63,469 bases of DNA from Lewinellaceae bacterium (GTDB lineage: Bacteria; Bacteroidota; Bacteroidia; Chitinophagales; Saprospiraceae). The translations under genes were made by a program, and so were the position numbers. The stretch is taken from the NCBI GenBank assembly GCA_029976695.1, contig JARQTN010000084.1, positions 1 through 63,469 on the forward strand, read 5' to 3'. Shown piece by piece: positions 51,409-61,831 of the stretch. Position 1 is the first letter of the stretch. Every line of letters starts with the position of its first letter. The notes under the pieces were generated by a model that ran no database searches, was not told the DNA's origin, and saw only the letters and a program-made list of their open reading frames with translations.

Positions 51409-52023
51409 ATGGAAACGTTAAATATATTTATCAAGTCGGCCTTCATCGAAAACCTGGTACTTGCCTATTTTCTGGGGATGTGTTCCTATCTGGCCGTATC
51501 AAAATCCGTCAAAACGGCATTCGGGCTCGGCCTCGCTGTGATCTTTGTATTGGGTATCACCATGCCGATCAACTGGTTGATCAACGAATTCCTGTTGAGT
51601 GAAAACGGGGTCTTTGGAACGGACCTGACCTTCCTCCGGTTCATCCTCTTTATTGCCGTGATTGCCTCGATGGTGCAGCTGGTCGAGATGGTCATCGAGA
51701 AGTTCTCACCCGAATTGTACACCTCACTGGGGATTTTTCTTCCGCTGATCACTGTGAACTGCGCGATCCTTGGTGGATCCCTCTTCATGGTTTCGAGGGA
51801 ATATGATTTTGTGGAAAGCCTGTCATTTGGACTCGGCGGCGGATTCGGGTGGTTCCTCGCGATCATTGCCATTGCTGCGATCAGGGAAAAGATCAGGTAT
51901 TCAAACGTACCTGCGGCACTGCGCGGGCTTGGAATGGCTTTCATCCTGACCGGCCTGATGGGGATTGCCTTCATGAGCCTGATGGGAATTGATATAGTAA
52001 GCTTTACATCAGCTGCACAGTAG
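51409..52023 (+). CDS. nqrE: Na+-NQR subunit E
   Basis: 204 aa. 'FIENLVLAYFLGMCSYLAVSK'. Confidence 0.9.
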   Translation: METLNIFIKSAFIENLVLAYFLGMCSYLAVSKSVKTAFGLGLAVIFVLGITMPINWLINEFLLSENGVFGTDLTFLRFILFIAVIASMVQLVEMVIEKFSPELYTSLGIFLPLITVNCAILGGSLFMVSREYDFVESLSFGLGGGFGWFLAIIAIAAIREKIRYSNVPAALRGLGMAFILTGLMGIAFMSLMGIDIVSFTSAAQ

Positions 52024-52060
52024 CACCTGATGATCTATCAATAAAAACGATTCAAGCGAT

Positions 52061-53362
52061 ATGACGACCATCATATTTTCAATTATTGTTTTTGTAGTCG
52101 TAATTCTTGCATTGTCTTTCATGCTTATTGCGGCCAGGAAGCGCCTGGTTCCGCAAGGAGACGTGAATATCATCATCAATGGTGATGAGGAGAAGCCCCT
52201 GGTCACAAAGCCAGGCAGTTCGCTTCTCTCCGCCTTGTCAAACGAGAACATCTTTCTTCCTTCGGCTTGCGGGGGTGGCGGGACATGTGCCATGTGCGAG
52301 TGTTACATTGATGAGGGCGGGGGGGATGTACTGCCCACCGAGATGAACCACCTGACGCGCAAGGAAGCCGCAGAGAATAAACGGCTGGCCTGCCAGGTCA
52401 AAGTCCGCGAGGACATGAAGATCCGAATTCCTGAAGAAATATTCGGGATCAAGAAATGGGAATGCGAAGTCGTTTCCAACTACAATGTGGCTTCATTCAT
52501 CAAGGAGTTTGTCGTTCGCCTTCCAGAAGGTGAAGAACTCAGTTTCAAACCCGGAGGGTATATCCAGATTGATGTGCCGAAAATCACTGTGGACTTCAAG
52601 GATATCGACATCAAACCGCACCCGGATGATCCCGCAGGACCAGACAAGTTTAAATCCGAATGGGATAAGTATGGCCTGTGGGACCTGAAAATGGTAAATG
52701 ACGAAGAGCAATTCAGGGCCTATTCAATGGCAAACCACCCGGCGGAAGGAAATATCGTGAAGCTGAATATCAGGATCGCCACACCGCCATGGGACCGCAA
52801 AACGAATGGCTGGATGGCCGTGAACCCGGGGGTTTGCTCCTCCTATGTTTTCAGTCTCAACCCTGGTGACAAGGTCGTCATTTCCGGGCCTTACGGGGAG
52901 TTTTTCATCAAGGATACGGATAAGGAAATGGTTTACATCGGCGGGGGAGCCGGAATGGCGCCACTGAGGTCCCATCTTTTCCACCTGATGCAGACACTGA
53001 AAACGACAGACAGGAAGATCTCCTACTGGTACGGTGGCCGGACGAAGAGGGAGCTTTTCTATATCGATGAATTCAGGAAGCTGGAGAAGGAATTTCCGAA
53101 CTTCAGGTTTTATGTCGCCCTGGACAACCCGTTGCCGGAAGACAACTGGGAAGAGAAGAAATCACTTGATGATGAGGGGGACGGGTTTATCGGGTATATC
53201 ATGCCAGTCTGCTACAATATGTACCTGAAGGACCACCCTGAGCCGGAAGAGATCGAGTACTATTTCTGCGGGCCTCCGGCGATGAATGCCTCTGTGATCA
53301 AGACCCTGGATGAATTAGGGGTGCCGGAAGAGAATATCGCGTTTGATGATTTTGGGGGATAA
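52061..53362 (+). CDS. nqrF: Na+-NQR subunit F (2Fe-2S ferredoxin + FAD/NAD-binding)
   Basis: 433 aa. N-terminal TM. '[11 protein letters not shown]' 2Fe-2S cluster. 'RAYSMAN' FAD-binding. NAD-binding 'GGGAGMAP'. Confidence 0.9.
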   Translation: MTTIIFSIIVFVVVILALSFMLIAARKRLVPQGDVNIIINGDEEKPLVTKPGSSLLSALSNENIFLPSACGGGGTCAMCECYIDEGGGDVLPTEMNHLTRKEAAENKRLACQVKVREDMKIRIPEEIFGIKKWECEVVSNYNVASFIKEFVVRLPEGEELSFKPGGYIQIDVPKITVDFKDIDIKPHPDDPAGPDKFKSEWDKYGLWDLKMVNDEEQFRAYSMANHPAEGNIVKLNIRIATPPWDRKTNGWMAVNPGVCSSYVFSLNPGDKVVISGPYGEFFIKDTDKEMVYIGGGAGMAPLRSHLFHLMQTLKTTDRKISYWYGGRTKRELFYIDEFRKLEKEFPNFRFYVALDNPLPEDNWEEKKSLDDEGDGFIGYIMPVCYNMYLKDHPEPEEIEYYFCGPPAMNASVIKTLDELGVPEENIAFDDFGG

Positions 53363-53441
53363 GCACATCGAATGATCCAAAGGTATGCCTTCCCGTCAGC
53401 GGGGATGTAGCGTGCCATCACTGATCCAATACACATCATGA

Positions 53442-53476
53442 GGGGAACCGGGCCAAGGTTCCCCTTCTTCTTTCTC
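53442..53476 (+). terminator. Possible terminator after the nqr operon
   Basis: ggggaacc-gggccaa-ggttcccc hairpin followed by a pyrimidine-rich ttcttctttctcc tract (not a clean U-run). Confidence 0.35.
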
Positions 53477-53717
53477 CAACTACCACATTTTCCACCTTCC
53501 TGCCCCAAAATTCCAGCGTGTCCCCGGACAAAGAACTGATCTTCTGTCCATTTTCTGATCCCACACATGTATCGTGCTGTACTGTATTACAAAAAAATAT
53601 ATATGTGTAAACATAATGTTCTCACATAAAAGACAAGTAATTTCGCATGAACGGGCAGCAATCTGATGAACTGGTGACTTCCCGCCAAAACCACTACTGA
53701 GCAAATTATATTCCACC

Positions 53718-55880
53718 ATGAATCCTCCAAAGCGATATCTGGTTACCTCCGCATTACCATATGCGAATGGGCCCCTTCATATCGGCCACCTGGCCGGTGC
53801 TTACCTGCCTGCTGACATCTATGTGCGTTTCATGCGGATGATGGGAAAGGATATCGTGTTTATTTGCGGAAGTGATGAGCACGGGGCTGCGATCACGATG
53901 AAGGCCCGCAAGGAAGGAATCAGCCCGCAGGAGATCGTCGACAAGTACCATGAGTTGTTCAGGGAGACATTTGACCGGATGGGGATCTCGTTTGATATCT
54001 ATCACCGTACTTCTGCGCCAATTCATCATGAGACCTCCCAGGAGTTTTTCATGACACTCTACAACAAAGGACAGTTTGCAGAGATCGAAACCGAACAGTA
54101 CTATGATTCGGCCGCAGGTCAGTTCCTTGCCGACAGGTATATCAAGGGGACCTGCCCAAAATGTGGTTATGAAGAAGCATATGGGGACCAGTGTGAAAAC
54201 TGTGGGTCTTCACTCAGCCCGACTGACCTGATCGACCCGGTTTCTACACTGACAGGGGACAGGCCCGTATTGAAGATGACGAAACACTGGTTTCTTCCCC
54301 TTGACAAGTATGCGGATTGGCTGGGTGACTGGATCAATACCGGCAACGTAGACGGTGCGGAACAGCACGACCCTTCACTTTGGAAAAACCATGTGATGGG
54401 ACAGTGTAATTCCTGGTTGGAAGGTGGCCTGCAACCGCGTTCGATGACGCGAGACCTTGACTGGGGTGTGGATGTGCCTGCTGAAGTACCGGGTGGCGAA
54501 GGCAAAAAATTGTATGTCTGGATGGATGCGCCCATCGGGTATATCTCTGCGACGAAACAGTGGGCGATCGACAATGGCAGGGACTGGAAGCCCTACTGGC
54601 AGGACCAGGATACCGAACTGATCCATTTTATCGGCAAGGATAATATTGTCTTCCATTGCCTGATCTTCCCGGCGATCCTGCGGGCATCAGGAGAATATAT
54701 CCTTCCGGACAATGTGCCTGCCAACCAGTTCATGAACCTTGAAGGAAGGAAAATATCCACCTCCAGGAACTGGGCCGTCTGGGTCCACGAATATGTCAAT
54801 GATTTTGAAGGGCGGATCGATGAAATGAGGTATCACCTCATCAAGAACATGCCGGAGCAGAAAGACAGTGAATTCACCTGGAAAGGATACCAGGAATCCA
54901 TCAACAACGAACTGGTCAACAACCTGGCGAATTTTGTCAACCGTGTCGTTGTCCTCACGAACAAGTATTACAAAGGCATCATTCCCGAATTTGACGATGG
55001 ACTTGAGATCCAAAGCGCATCGAGCAGTTATAACGAGGACTGGGGCGGCTCTTTCCACGATGCGGAGTTGCTCGATCTGTTCGATCAGCTTGATGTACTG
55101 TATGACCATATCCGGCGCTTTGAATTCCGGGCTGCCTTGAAGAAACTGATGGAAATCAGTTCCGCCGGAAACCAGCTCCTCCAGTTCAACGAACCATGGA
55201 AGCAGGTGAAAGATGACCCGGAAACCGTAAAGGTTGTCATGCATTTGGCTAACCAGTATGTGGCAGCCCTCAGTGTTGCCCTTTATCCATTCCTCCCGAA
55301 TACGGCCGGAAGGTTGCGCAGCATGCTCCAGCTGCCCGATTTAAAAGGGGACAGTGAATGGGTGGACATGATGAATACACTGGCTGAAGGACATGATCTG
55401 CTCTCCCCCGGACACCAGATCAAGGAAGCCGAACACCTGTTTACGCGGATTGATGATGATATCATCCAGGAGCAAATCGACCGCCTCCTCAAAACGGATA
55501 CCACTGCTGAATCCGGCAGCAAGGCAGATGGTACACCGCACCTCGAAATGAAGAAAGAGATCGCCTATGATGATTTTGTCAAGATGGACATGCGCACAGG
55601 GACGATCATAGCCGCAGAAAAAGTGAAAAAGGCTGATAAGCTGCTGAAATTGTCCATTGACCTGGGCTTTGAGAAACGGACTGTTGTGAGCGGCATCGCA
55701 GCACAATATACCCCGGAAGAAATCATCGGCAAAAAGATCGTCCTCCTCGCCAACCTGGCACCCCGCAAGATCCGTGGCGTACAATCACAAGGCATGATTT
55801 TAATGGCAGAAGACAGTAAAGGTCGATTGGCTTTTGTGGCCCCGGAGCAACATTTGGAAGATGGAAGCGCTATTTCCTGA
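53718..55880 (+). CDS. metG: Methionine--tRNA ligase with C-terminal tRNA-binding (EMAP/Trbp111-like) domain
   Basis: 720 aa. 'PYANGPLHIGH' HIGH motif. Zn knuckle CPKCG...CENCG. 'KISTS' (KMSKS). C-terminal 'LDLRTG...' OB-fold. Confidence 0.9.
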   Translation: MNPPKRYLVTSALPYANGPLHIGHLAGAYLPADIYVRFMRMMGKDIVFICGSDEHGAAITMKARKEGISPQEIVDKYHELFRETFDRMGISFDIYHRTSAPIHHETSQEFFMTLYNKGQFAEIETEQYYDSAAGQFLADRYIKGTCPKCGYEEAYGDQCENCGSSLSPTDLIDPVSTLTGDRPVLKMTKHWFLPLDKYADWLGDWINTGNVDGAEQHDPSLWKNHVMGQCNSWLEGGLQPRSMTRDLDWGVDVPAEVPGGEGKKLYVWMDAPIGYISATKQWAIDNGRDWKPYWQDQDTELIHFIGKDNIVFHCLIFPAILRASGEYILPDNVPANQFMNLEGRKISTSRNWAVWVHEYVNDFEGRIDEMRYHLIKNMPEQKDSEFTWKGYQESINNELVNNLANFVNRVVVLTNKYYKGIIPEFDDGLEIQSASSSYNEDWGGSFHDAELLDLFDQLDVLYDHIRRFEFRAALKKLMEISSAGNQLLQFNEPWKQVKDDPETVKVVMHLANQYVAALSVALYPFLPNTAGRLRSMLQLPDLKGDSEWVDMMNTLAEGHDLLSPGHQIKEAEHLFTRIDDDIIQEQIDRLLKTDTTAESGSKADGTPHLEMKKEIAYDDFVKMDMRTGTIIAAEKVKKADKLLKLSIDLGFEKRTVVSGIAAQYTPEEIIGKKIVLLANLAPRKIRGVQSQGMILMAEDSKGRLAFVAPEQHLEDGSAIS

Positions 55881-57657
55881 TGTCAGACTGTCACGAAGGG
55901 GAATTCTCATTGCATCGATATTTTGCCTTGCCGTTGCTGCCTGGATGGCGTATGACATGGCCCGTCTGCCCTTGTGGGGCTGGAGGCCTTTATTTTTAGA
56001 ACTTGCATGCTGGGGGCTCATCCTCTTTCCCTTTTTCAACCGCTTTTCCCGTCACCCTTCAAATGGAAGGTTCCTCGTTGCGGCTACCATCTCCGGTTTA
56101 TTGTTCAGTTTTTCATTTCCGGTCTATCCACTGACGCCGCTGGTGTTCCTTGCCTGGATTCCGTTGATTTGGATGGAAGACCAGGTCAGTAACCGTTCGT
56201 CTACGCTGCGTCCCTGGACTGTGTGGAAATATGGATTCCACGCGTTTCTGATCTGGAATGTGGTGACCACTTTCTGGGTGGTGAACACAGCATTGGCAGC
56301 CGGACTCATCGCAAATTTCCTGAATGCCATCCTGATGGCTACCGTTTTTATGGCTTGTCATATTGTCAAGCATTACGCCGGCCGCAGGTGGCAAGTGCTG
56401 ATCCTGCTTTCATTCTGGATCTCCTTTGAATACCTCCACCTTTTCTGGGATATCACCTGGCCATGGCTTACGTTGGGAAACTCATTTGCCATGGTTCCTT
56501 CCTTTGTCCAGTGGTATGAATATACCGGCGTTTTCGGTGGAAGTGTCTGGGTGATTGTCCTGAATTTCATGATCTATCAATGGATCGTGGATTTTCGAAA
56601 AGGGAAAAAGGGGCTCGTGCGCAGCGTGTCGGGCATTCTTGGGTTGCTTATTCTTCCGGTCATTTGTTCCTTTGTGCTTAAGAACAATAGCCTTCAGCAC
56701 GCTTCTGATCTTACGCCTGTTGAGGTCGCGGTTGTACAGCCCAATTTTGAACCACACTACCAGAAGTTTGAAATCCCGGAGGAAGTCCAGCTACAGCGTT
56801 TCCTTTCCCTTTCTGATTCCATCGTGACGGACAGTACGAGCTACCTGGTATTTCCAGAAACAAGCTTTCCATATATCCTGTTGAACAACATCGACCGCAA
56901 TAGAAGCATCCGTGAATTGCGGACATTTCTGGACGGGCACCCGGGACTGAGGCTCGTGGCCGGGGTCGCTTCCTACAGGATCTTTTTTGACGGGGAGGAA
57001 TTGCCGGAAACCGTCAGGCGGAGGCGGGATGGCCTGATCTATGATGCGCAGAACTCTGCCATCGAGATCGTTTCAGGACGCGAGGAGATCAAGGTTTATT
57101 TCAAGTCGAAGCTGACCCCGGGCGCCGAGTTCTTTCCGTTCAAAAAGTTTCTGCCATTCATCAAGCCGGTGGTTGAACAGCTTGGCGGGAGCATGGGACT
57201 GACAACACAAGAGGAGCCGACAGTATTTCAATTTGAGGGTGGAGGCGTTGCCCCAGTGATTTGTTATGAGTCTGTATACGGCGCCCATGTGGGTGCTTAT
57301 GTGCGCAAGGGGGGCACGATGATCTTCATTGTCACCAACGACGGCTGGTGGGACGATACGCCCGGATACAGGCAGCACCTGGCCATTGCTTCCCTGCGGG
57401 CGATAGAGCATCGCCGACCTGTCGCCAGAAGTGCAAACACAGGATCTTCAGCCTTCATTACCCCGGAGGGAAAGATCCTGGATGCAACAAAATATGAAAC
57501 AGCAACGGCAATCAGGCGGGTGTTGACGCCCCGCAATGATCTCACTTTTTACACAAAGTGGGGGGATTACATCCCCCGCACGATGGCCGGGCTTGTTGCC
57601 CTCTATTTCATTTTCACCCTTGCTTCATGGTGGCGGAAAAGGGCAGGGGTCAGGTAA
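55861..57657 (+). CDS. lnt: Apolipoprotein N-acyltransferase
   Basis: ORF 55834..57657 with the probable start 'MEALFPDV'. Overlaps the metG 3' end. N-terminal polytopic membrane domain and C-terminal CN-hydrolase domain with 'ICYESVY'. Confidence 0.8.
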   Translation: MEALFPDVRLSRRGILIASIFCLAVAAWMAYDMARLPLWGWRPLFLELACWGLILFPFFNRFSRHPSNGRFLVAATISGLLFSFSFPVYPLTPLVFLAWIPLIWMEDQVSNRSSTLRPWTVWKYGFHAFLIWNVVTTFWVVNTALAAGLIANFLNAILMATVFMACHIVKHYAGRRWQVLILLSFWISFEYLHLFWDITWPWLTLGNSFAMVPSFVQWYEYTGVFGGSVWVIVLNFMIYQWIVDFRKGKKGLVRSVSGILGLLILPVICSFVLKNNSLQHASDLTPVEVAVVQPNFEPHYQKFEIPEEVQLQRFLSLSDSIVTDSTSYLVFPETSFPYILLNNIDRNRSIRELRTFLDGHPGLRLVAGVASYRIFFDGEELPETVRRRRDGLIYDAQNSAIEIVSGREEIKVYFKSKLTPGAEFFPFKKFLPFIKPVVEQLGGSMGLTTQEEPTVFQFEGGGVAPVICYESVYGAHVGAYVRKGGTMIFIVTNDGWWDDTPGYRQHLAIASLRAIEHRRPVARSANTGSSAFITPEGKILDATKYETATAIRRVLTPRNDLTFYTKWGDYIPRTMAGLVALYFIFTLASWWRKRAGVR

Positions 57658-57666
57658 CAGGCTTTG

Positions 57667-59049
57667 TCAGACCATTTTTTCGGGCCTGACCCACTCATCG
57701 AAGTTCTCAGCCGTCACGTAACCCAGTTCCATTGCAGCCTCCTTCAGCGTGGACCCTTCTCTGTAGGCTTTCTTCGCGATCTCTGCTGCCTTGTCATAGC
57801 CGATTTTCGTATTCAACGCTGTCACGAGCATGAGGGAATTGTTCAGGTGCTGGCGGATGCGATCTTCATTCGGTTCGATACCGATGGCGCAATTGTCATT
57901 GAAACTTACGCAGGCATCCCCGATCAGCGTTGCAGACATCAGGAAATTGTAGATCATCACCGGTTTGAAGACATTGAGCTGGAAATGGCCATTCATACCC
58001 CCGATCGCAATGGTGGTGTCATTCCCGATGACCTGGGCCATGGCCATGGTCAGGGCTTCAGCCTGTGTCGGGTTGACTTTGCCGGGCATGATGGAAGATC
58101 CTGGCTCATTTGCAGGGATGTTGATCTCACCGATTCCGCACCTTGGACCAGAACCCAGCATCCGCAGGTCGTTGCCGATCTTCATCAGGGAAACAGCAAC
58201 CGTTTTCAACGCTGCATGGGCTTCGACGATGGCATCGTGGGAAGCCATGGACTCAAATTTGTTTTTAGCTGTCACAAAAGGATGCCCCGATATTTCTGCG
58301 ATCTTCCGGGCCACGAGCTTGTCATATCCTTTAGGCGTGTTCAGGCCGGTGCCGACAGCAGTCCCGCCAAGGGCAAGTTCGCGCAGGTGGTCCAGGCTGT
58401 TCTTGATCGTTTTCAATCCGTGATCCAGCTGGCTGACAAATCCTGAAAGTTCCTGCCCCAGGGTGACCGGCGTGGCGTCCATGAAATGCGTGCGTCCGAT
58501 CTTGACAATGTTTTTATACGCTTTTGCCTTTTCATTCAGTGTATTCCGGAGTTTGAGGATCCCCGGCATTGTATGCTCCACGAGTTTCATGTATGCTGCG
58601 ATGTTCATTGCTGTCGGAAACGTATCGTTGGAGGATTGTGACTTGTTCACATCATCATTGGGATGGAGGAATTTTACTTGATCTGTCAATTGGCCTTTTT
58701 TCAGGACATGTCCGCGGTTGGCGATGACTTCGTTGACGTTCATGTTGGATTGGGTGCCTGAACCAGTTTGCCAGATGACAAGCGGAAACTGGTCATCAAG
58801 TTTGCCTGCGAGGATCTCATTGCAAACCCGCTCGATCACGGAGGCCTTTGATTTTGGCAATACGCCGAGTTCAACATTGGCCTGGGCAGCTGCTTTTTTC
58901 AGGATGGCAAAAGCATTGATCACTTCTTTCGGCATTTTATGGCCGCCGATCTTGAAGTTTTCGCTTGAGCGCTGTGTCTGTGCTCCCCAATATTTTTCTG
59001 CGGGAACGTTGACGAATCCAATACTGTCTTTTTCTTTGCGATATTTCAT
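57667..59049 (-). CDS. fumC: Class II fumarate hydratase
   Basis: 460 aa. '[17 protein letters not shown]' signature. Confidence 0.9.
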   Translation of the reverse strand: MKYRKEKDSIGFVNVPAEKYWGAQTQRSSENFKIGGHKMPKEVINAFAILKKAAAQANVELGVLPKSKASVIERVCNEILAGKLDDQFPLVIWQTGSGTQSNMNVNEVIANRGHVLKKGQLTDQVKFLHPNDDVNKSQSSNDTFPTAMNIAAYMKLVEHTMPGILKLRNTLNEKAKAYKNIVKIGRTHFMDATPVTLGQELSGFVSQLDHGLKTIKNSLDHLRELALGGTAVGTGLNTPKGYDKLVARKIAEISGHPFVTAKNKFESMASHDAIVEAHAALKTVAVSLMKIGNDLRMLGSGPRCGIGEINIPANEPGSSIMPGKVNPTQAEALTMAMAQVIGNDTTIAIGGMNGHFQLNVFKPVMIYNFLMSATLIGDACVSFNDNCAIGIEPNEDRIRQHLNNSLMLVTALNTKIGYDKAAEIAKKAYREGSTLKEAAMELGYVTAENFDEWVRPEKMV

Positions 59050-59166
59050 GACTGTAGATATTTATTGATACTCTAAATTACTGAAAGGAATTGAGTGTCA
59101 GAACTTTCGAATGCCCGTTATATTTTATATTTTCGTATATTATTTTTTTTCATTAAAACAAATTAT

Positions 59167-59778
59167 ATGCCTTTTAAATTACCGGATTTGCCATACGAAT
59201 ACGATGCGTTGAAAGCCTATATCGACGCACGGACGATGAAGATCCACCACACAAAACACCATGCCGGCTACACGAATAACCTGAACAATGCAATTGCCGG
59301 AACGGACCTGGAAGGAAAAACGATTGAGCAAGTACTGAAGAAAGCTGATGAGTCAAACGCCGCACTGAGAAATAATGCAGGCGGGTACTACAACCACAAC
59401 CTCTTCTGGAAGGTCATGTCCCCGGACGGGGGAGGAGAGCCAGGCGGTGGGCTGAAGAAAGCCATCGATGAAGCTTTTGGTTCCTTCGAAGGATTCAAGG
59501 AAGCTTTCAGCAAGGCAGCGGCAACCCGTTTTGGCTCAGGCTGGGCCTGGCTTGTAGTTTCCGGAACCGGGAAAGTCAGGGTTTGCTCAACGGCTAACCA
59601 GGACAACCCGCTCATGCCGAAAGCAGGATGTACCGGTACGCCGATCCTGGGGATTGATGTCTGGGAACATGCCTACTACCTGAAATATCAGAACAGGCGC
59701 GCAGATTATATCGAAGCTTTCTTCAACCTGATCAACTGGAAGGAAGTGATGAAGCGGTATAACGCTGCGAAAAAGTAA
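59167..59778 (+). CDS. Fe/Mn-family superoxide dismutase
   Basis: ORF 59095..59778 with the true start at '[32 protein letters not shown]'. C-terminal '[15 protein letters not shown]'. Confidence 0.9.
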   Translation: MPFKLPDLPYEYDALKAYIDARTMKIHHTKHHAGYTNNLNNAIAGTDLEGKTIEQVLKKADESNAALRNNAGGYYNHNLFWKVMSPDGGGEPGGGLKKAIDEAFGSFEGFKEAFSKAAATRFGSGWAWLVVSGTGKVRVCSTANQDNPLMPKAGCTGTPILGIDVWEHAYYLKYQNRRADYIEAFFNLINWKEVMKRYNAAKK

Positions 59779-59805
59779 TTCCATTTAAAGTCACTAAATG
59801 GTAGA

Positions 59806-59839
59806 GGGTCATTCAGGTCACTGGATGGCCTTTTTTATT
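59806..59839 (+). terminator. Rho-independent terminator after sod
   Basis: Imperfect stem ggtcattcag / ctggatggcc followed by ttttttatt. Confidence 0.5.
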
Positions 59840-59960
59840 GGATTGGCAGGATGTTTGATCTGATTTCGGAAAATGGAGCAAATATGTTTATCCTGTCCAT
59901 TCTCATCATGGTCCTGATCTTCCTGGCGAGTGAGCGATATGCCGCCCGCACCTGAGTTTT

Positions 59961-60455
59961 CTACTTTACCGCATTGTACATGGTACGGACCTGGTCCAGC
60001 GTGAACTGGCCGATCATGCCCGTCTGAAAGGTATATTCCTTGTCGCCCTGGATGCGCACATACCGGAAACTGTAGTTTTCCTGTGTCGAATCGATCTGGG
60101 TCTTGTAAATGAAGCCATTCGGATCTTCCTGGACCAGTTCACTGAAATAGGGGTTTTCCTGGACCGTTTTGAGCAAGTCTTCCTTGACTTTTTTCGGATC
60201 CCGGTTAGTGACATCTGACTCAAAGATCTGCAAGTAAAATCCATCGCCGCTTTTTACGGTGATGTCCTTCTGAACGATCAGGTCCATTTTCTTGATTTCA
60301 GCATCCGCAGGGGCTTTGATCATGATCGGCATTTCATAGCTCATCAGGTCAAGGTCAACAAGTTTTACGGATTGCTTTTTCGTGCATCCTGCAAAGCACA
60401 AGGCGAAGAGGATGAATGAAAGCAAGAAGTAGAGATTCCGATTTGCCCGCACCAT
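59961..60455 (-). CDS. Hypothetical lipoprotein
   Basis: ORF 59961..60548 with the probable start 'MVRANRNLYFLLSFILFALCFAGCT' (lipobox). No known motif. Confidence 0.45.
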   Translation of the reverse strand: MVRANRNLYFLLSFILFALCFAGCTKKQSVKLVDLDLMSYEMPIMIKAPADAEIKKMDLIVQKDITVKSGDGFYLQIFESDVTNRDPKKVKEDLLKTVQENPYFSELVQEDPNGFIYKTQIDSTQENYSFRYVRIQGDKEYTFQTGMIGQFTLDQVRTMYNAVK

Positions 60456-60567
60456 GCTGGAATTTATTTTTGGGAAGTGTAAAATTAAAAGATTATCTGA
60501 TTCCTGATCAAATAAAGAACCCCGACAAGCTGCTTTGTCGGGGTTCAATGATCTGATTTTTATCCAA

Positions 60568-61176
60568 TTATGCCTTTGCTTTGATCGTGCATCCGATGGC
60601 TTTTGTCATGTCCGGGTCCGGTTGCGCGCCACTCCGGATCGCTTCTATCGCATCTTCTACATACCGGGTCGTCACAGATTCAGGATCCTGCGCATTATTG
60701 TCAATCGCCCCGATGTACCTCAGGATCATGTTTTTATCCACCAGGAACACATGTGGTGTGCGCGTTGCACCGAATTTTGGGTAGACCGCCTGGTCCTCAT
60801 CAAAAAGGTAATCAAAGGGAAATCCCTTTTCCTTTGCCCTGACCTGCATGGCTTCAAAGCTGTCTCCCGATTTAATGCTGGGATCGTTCGGGTTGATAGC
60901 GACTACCGGCCATCCCTTGTCCGCATATTTGTTGTGGAGTTCAATGATCCTGTCCTCATACATGACGGCGTACGGACAGGTATTGCAGGTAAAGATGATG
61001 ATATACCCCTCGGCATTGTAGTCACTGAGTGTAACCATTTTGCCGTCAATATTTTTCAATGTGAAATCCTCAATCTTGTCACCGATTTTGTATCCCTCGC
61101 CGAATGGCCTGGTTGCAGAGACAAGCAGTGTCATGGTGAGTAATGCAAAAGCACTGAAACCGATCAATTTTTTCAT
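60568..61176 (-). CDS. Exported thioredoxin-fold (redoxin/AhpC-TSA-like) protein with CxxC
   Basis: 202 aa. Signal peptide. 'IIIFTCNTCPY' CxxC motif in thioredoxin-fold context. Confidence 0.65.
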   Translation of the reverse strand: MKKLIGFSAFALLTMTLLVSATRPFGEGYKIGDKIEDFTLKNIDGKMVTLSDYNAEGYIIIFTCNTCPYAVMYEDRIIELHNKYADKGWPVVAINPNDPSIKSGDSFEAMQVRAKEKGFPFDYLFDEDQAVYPKFGATRTPHVFLVDKNMILRYIGAIDNNAQDPESVTTRYVEDAIEAIRSGAQPDPDMTKAIGCTIKAKA

Positions 61177-61178
61177 GT

Positions 61179-61709
61179 TTACAAGTTTAAATAAGGTTGA
61201 ATAATATCATTGAGTTCTTCCTGGGTGTGGAAAACGCGCTCATGGAATGCGCGGTCCTGGTTTCTGTACACCAGTGTGGCAGGGAGCGCACCTGACCATT
61301 CGGGGGATATGTCATTGATCCAGAAATTGGAATCACTGTCATACAAGACCACGACCTCCGATTCAAGATGATGTTTTTCTATGAACGGGATAAGCTTTGA
61401 TTCGATCTGCTTTTTGAAATCCAGGCTGACAAGGAGCACTTTAAGCTTTTCATCTTTCATCTCCGTCGTCAACGCCTCGAAATAGGGCAGTTCCTTTACA
61501 CATGGAGCACACCATGTTGCCCAGAAATTCACAATATAAGTGGTATCGTTGGTTTTTGTCAGGTAGGGTTTAAGCCGGGCATAGTCGAGGACCGGAATGG
61601 CCATGGTATCGGGCATTTCCCCCCCTTCTCCGCAAGCGAATGCATGCCCGGCATTTAGCGGGGACATGGCAAACGAAAAGAATTGGATAAAAAGCAATAC
61701 CAGGGTCAT
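61179..61709 (-). CDS. TlpA-family thiol:disulfide oxidoreductase
   Basis: 176 aa. Signal peptide. 'VNFWATWCAPCVKELP' is the canonical TlpA/ResA active site. Confidence 0.75.
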   Translation of the reverse strand: MTLVLLFIQFFSFAMSPLNAGHAFACGEGGEMPDTMAIPVLDYARLKPYLTKTNDTTYIVNFWATWCAPCVKELPYFEALTTEMKDEKLKVLLVSLDFKKQIESKLIPFIEKHHLESEVVVLYDSDSNFWINDISPEWSGALPATLVYRNQDRAFHERVFHTQEELNDIIQPYLNL

Positions 61710-61831
61710 GTGCCAGATTTTGTTTTATTTAAACTTCCTGCTTTATTGAAAAGTTCACTTCTCCTCCTGATATCTGCCTCAGGAGATTACGGTTCATTCC
61801 ATAGAAAACAACGAAATCCCGAAAATATTGC

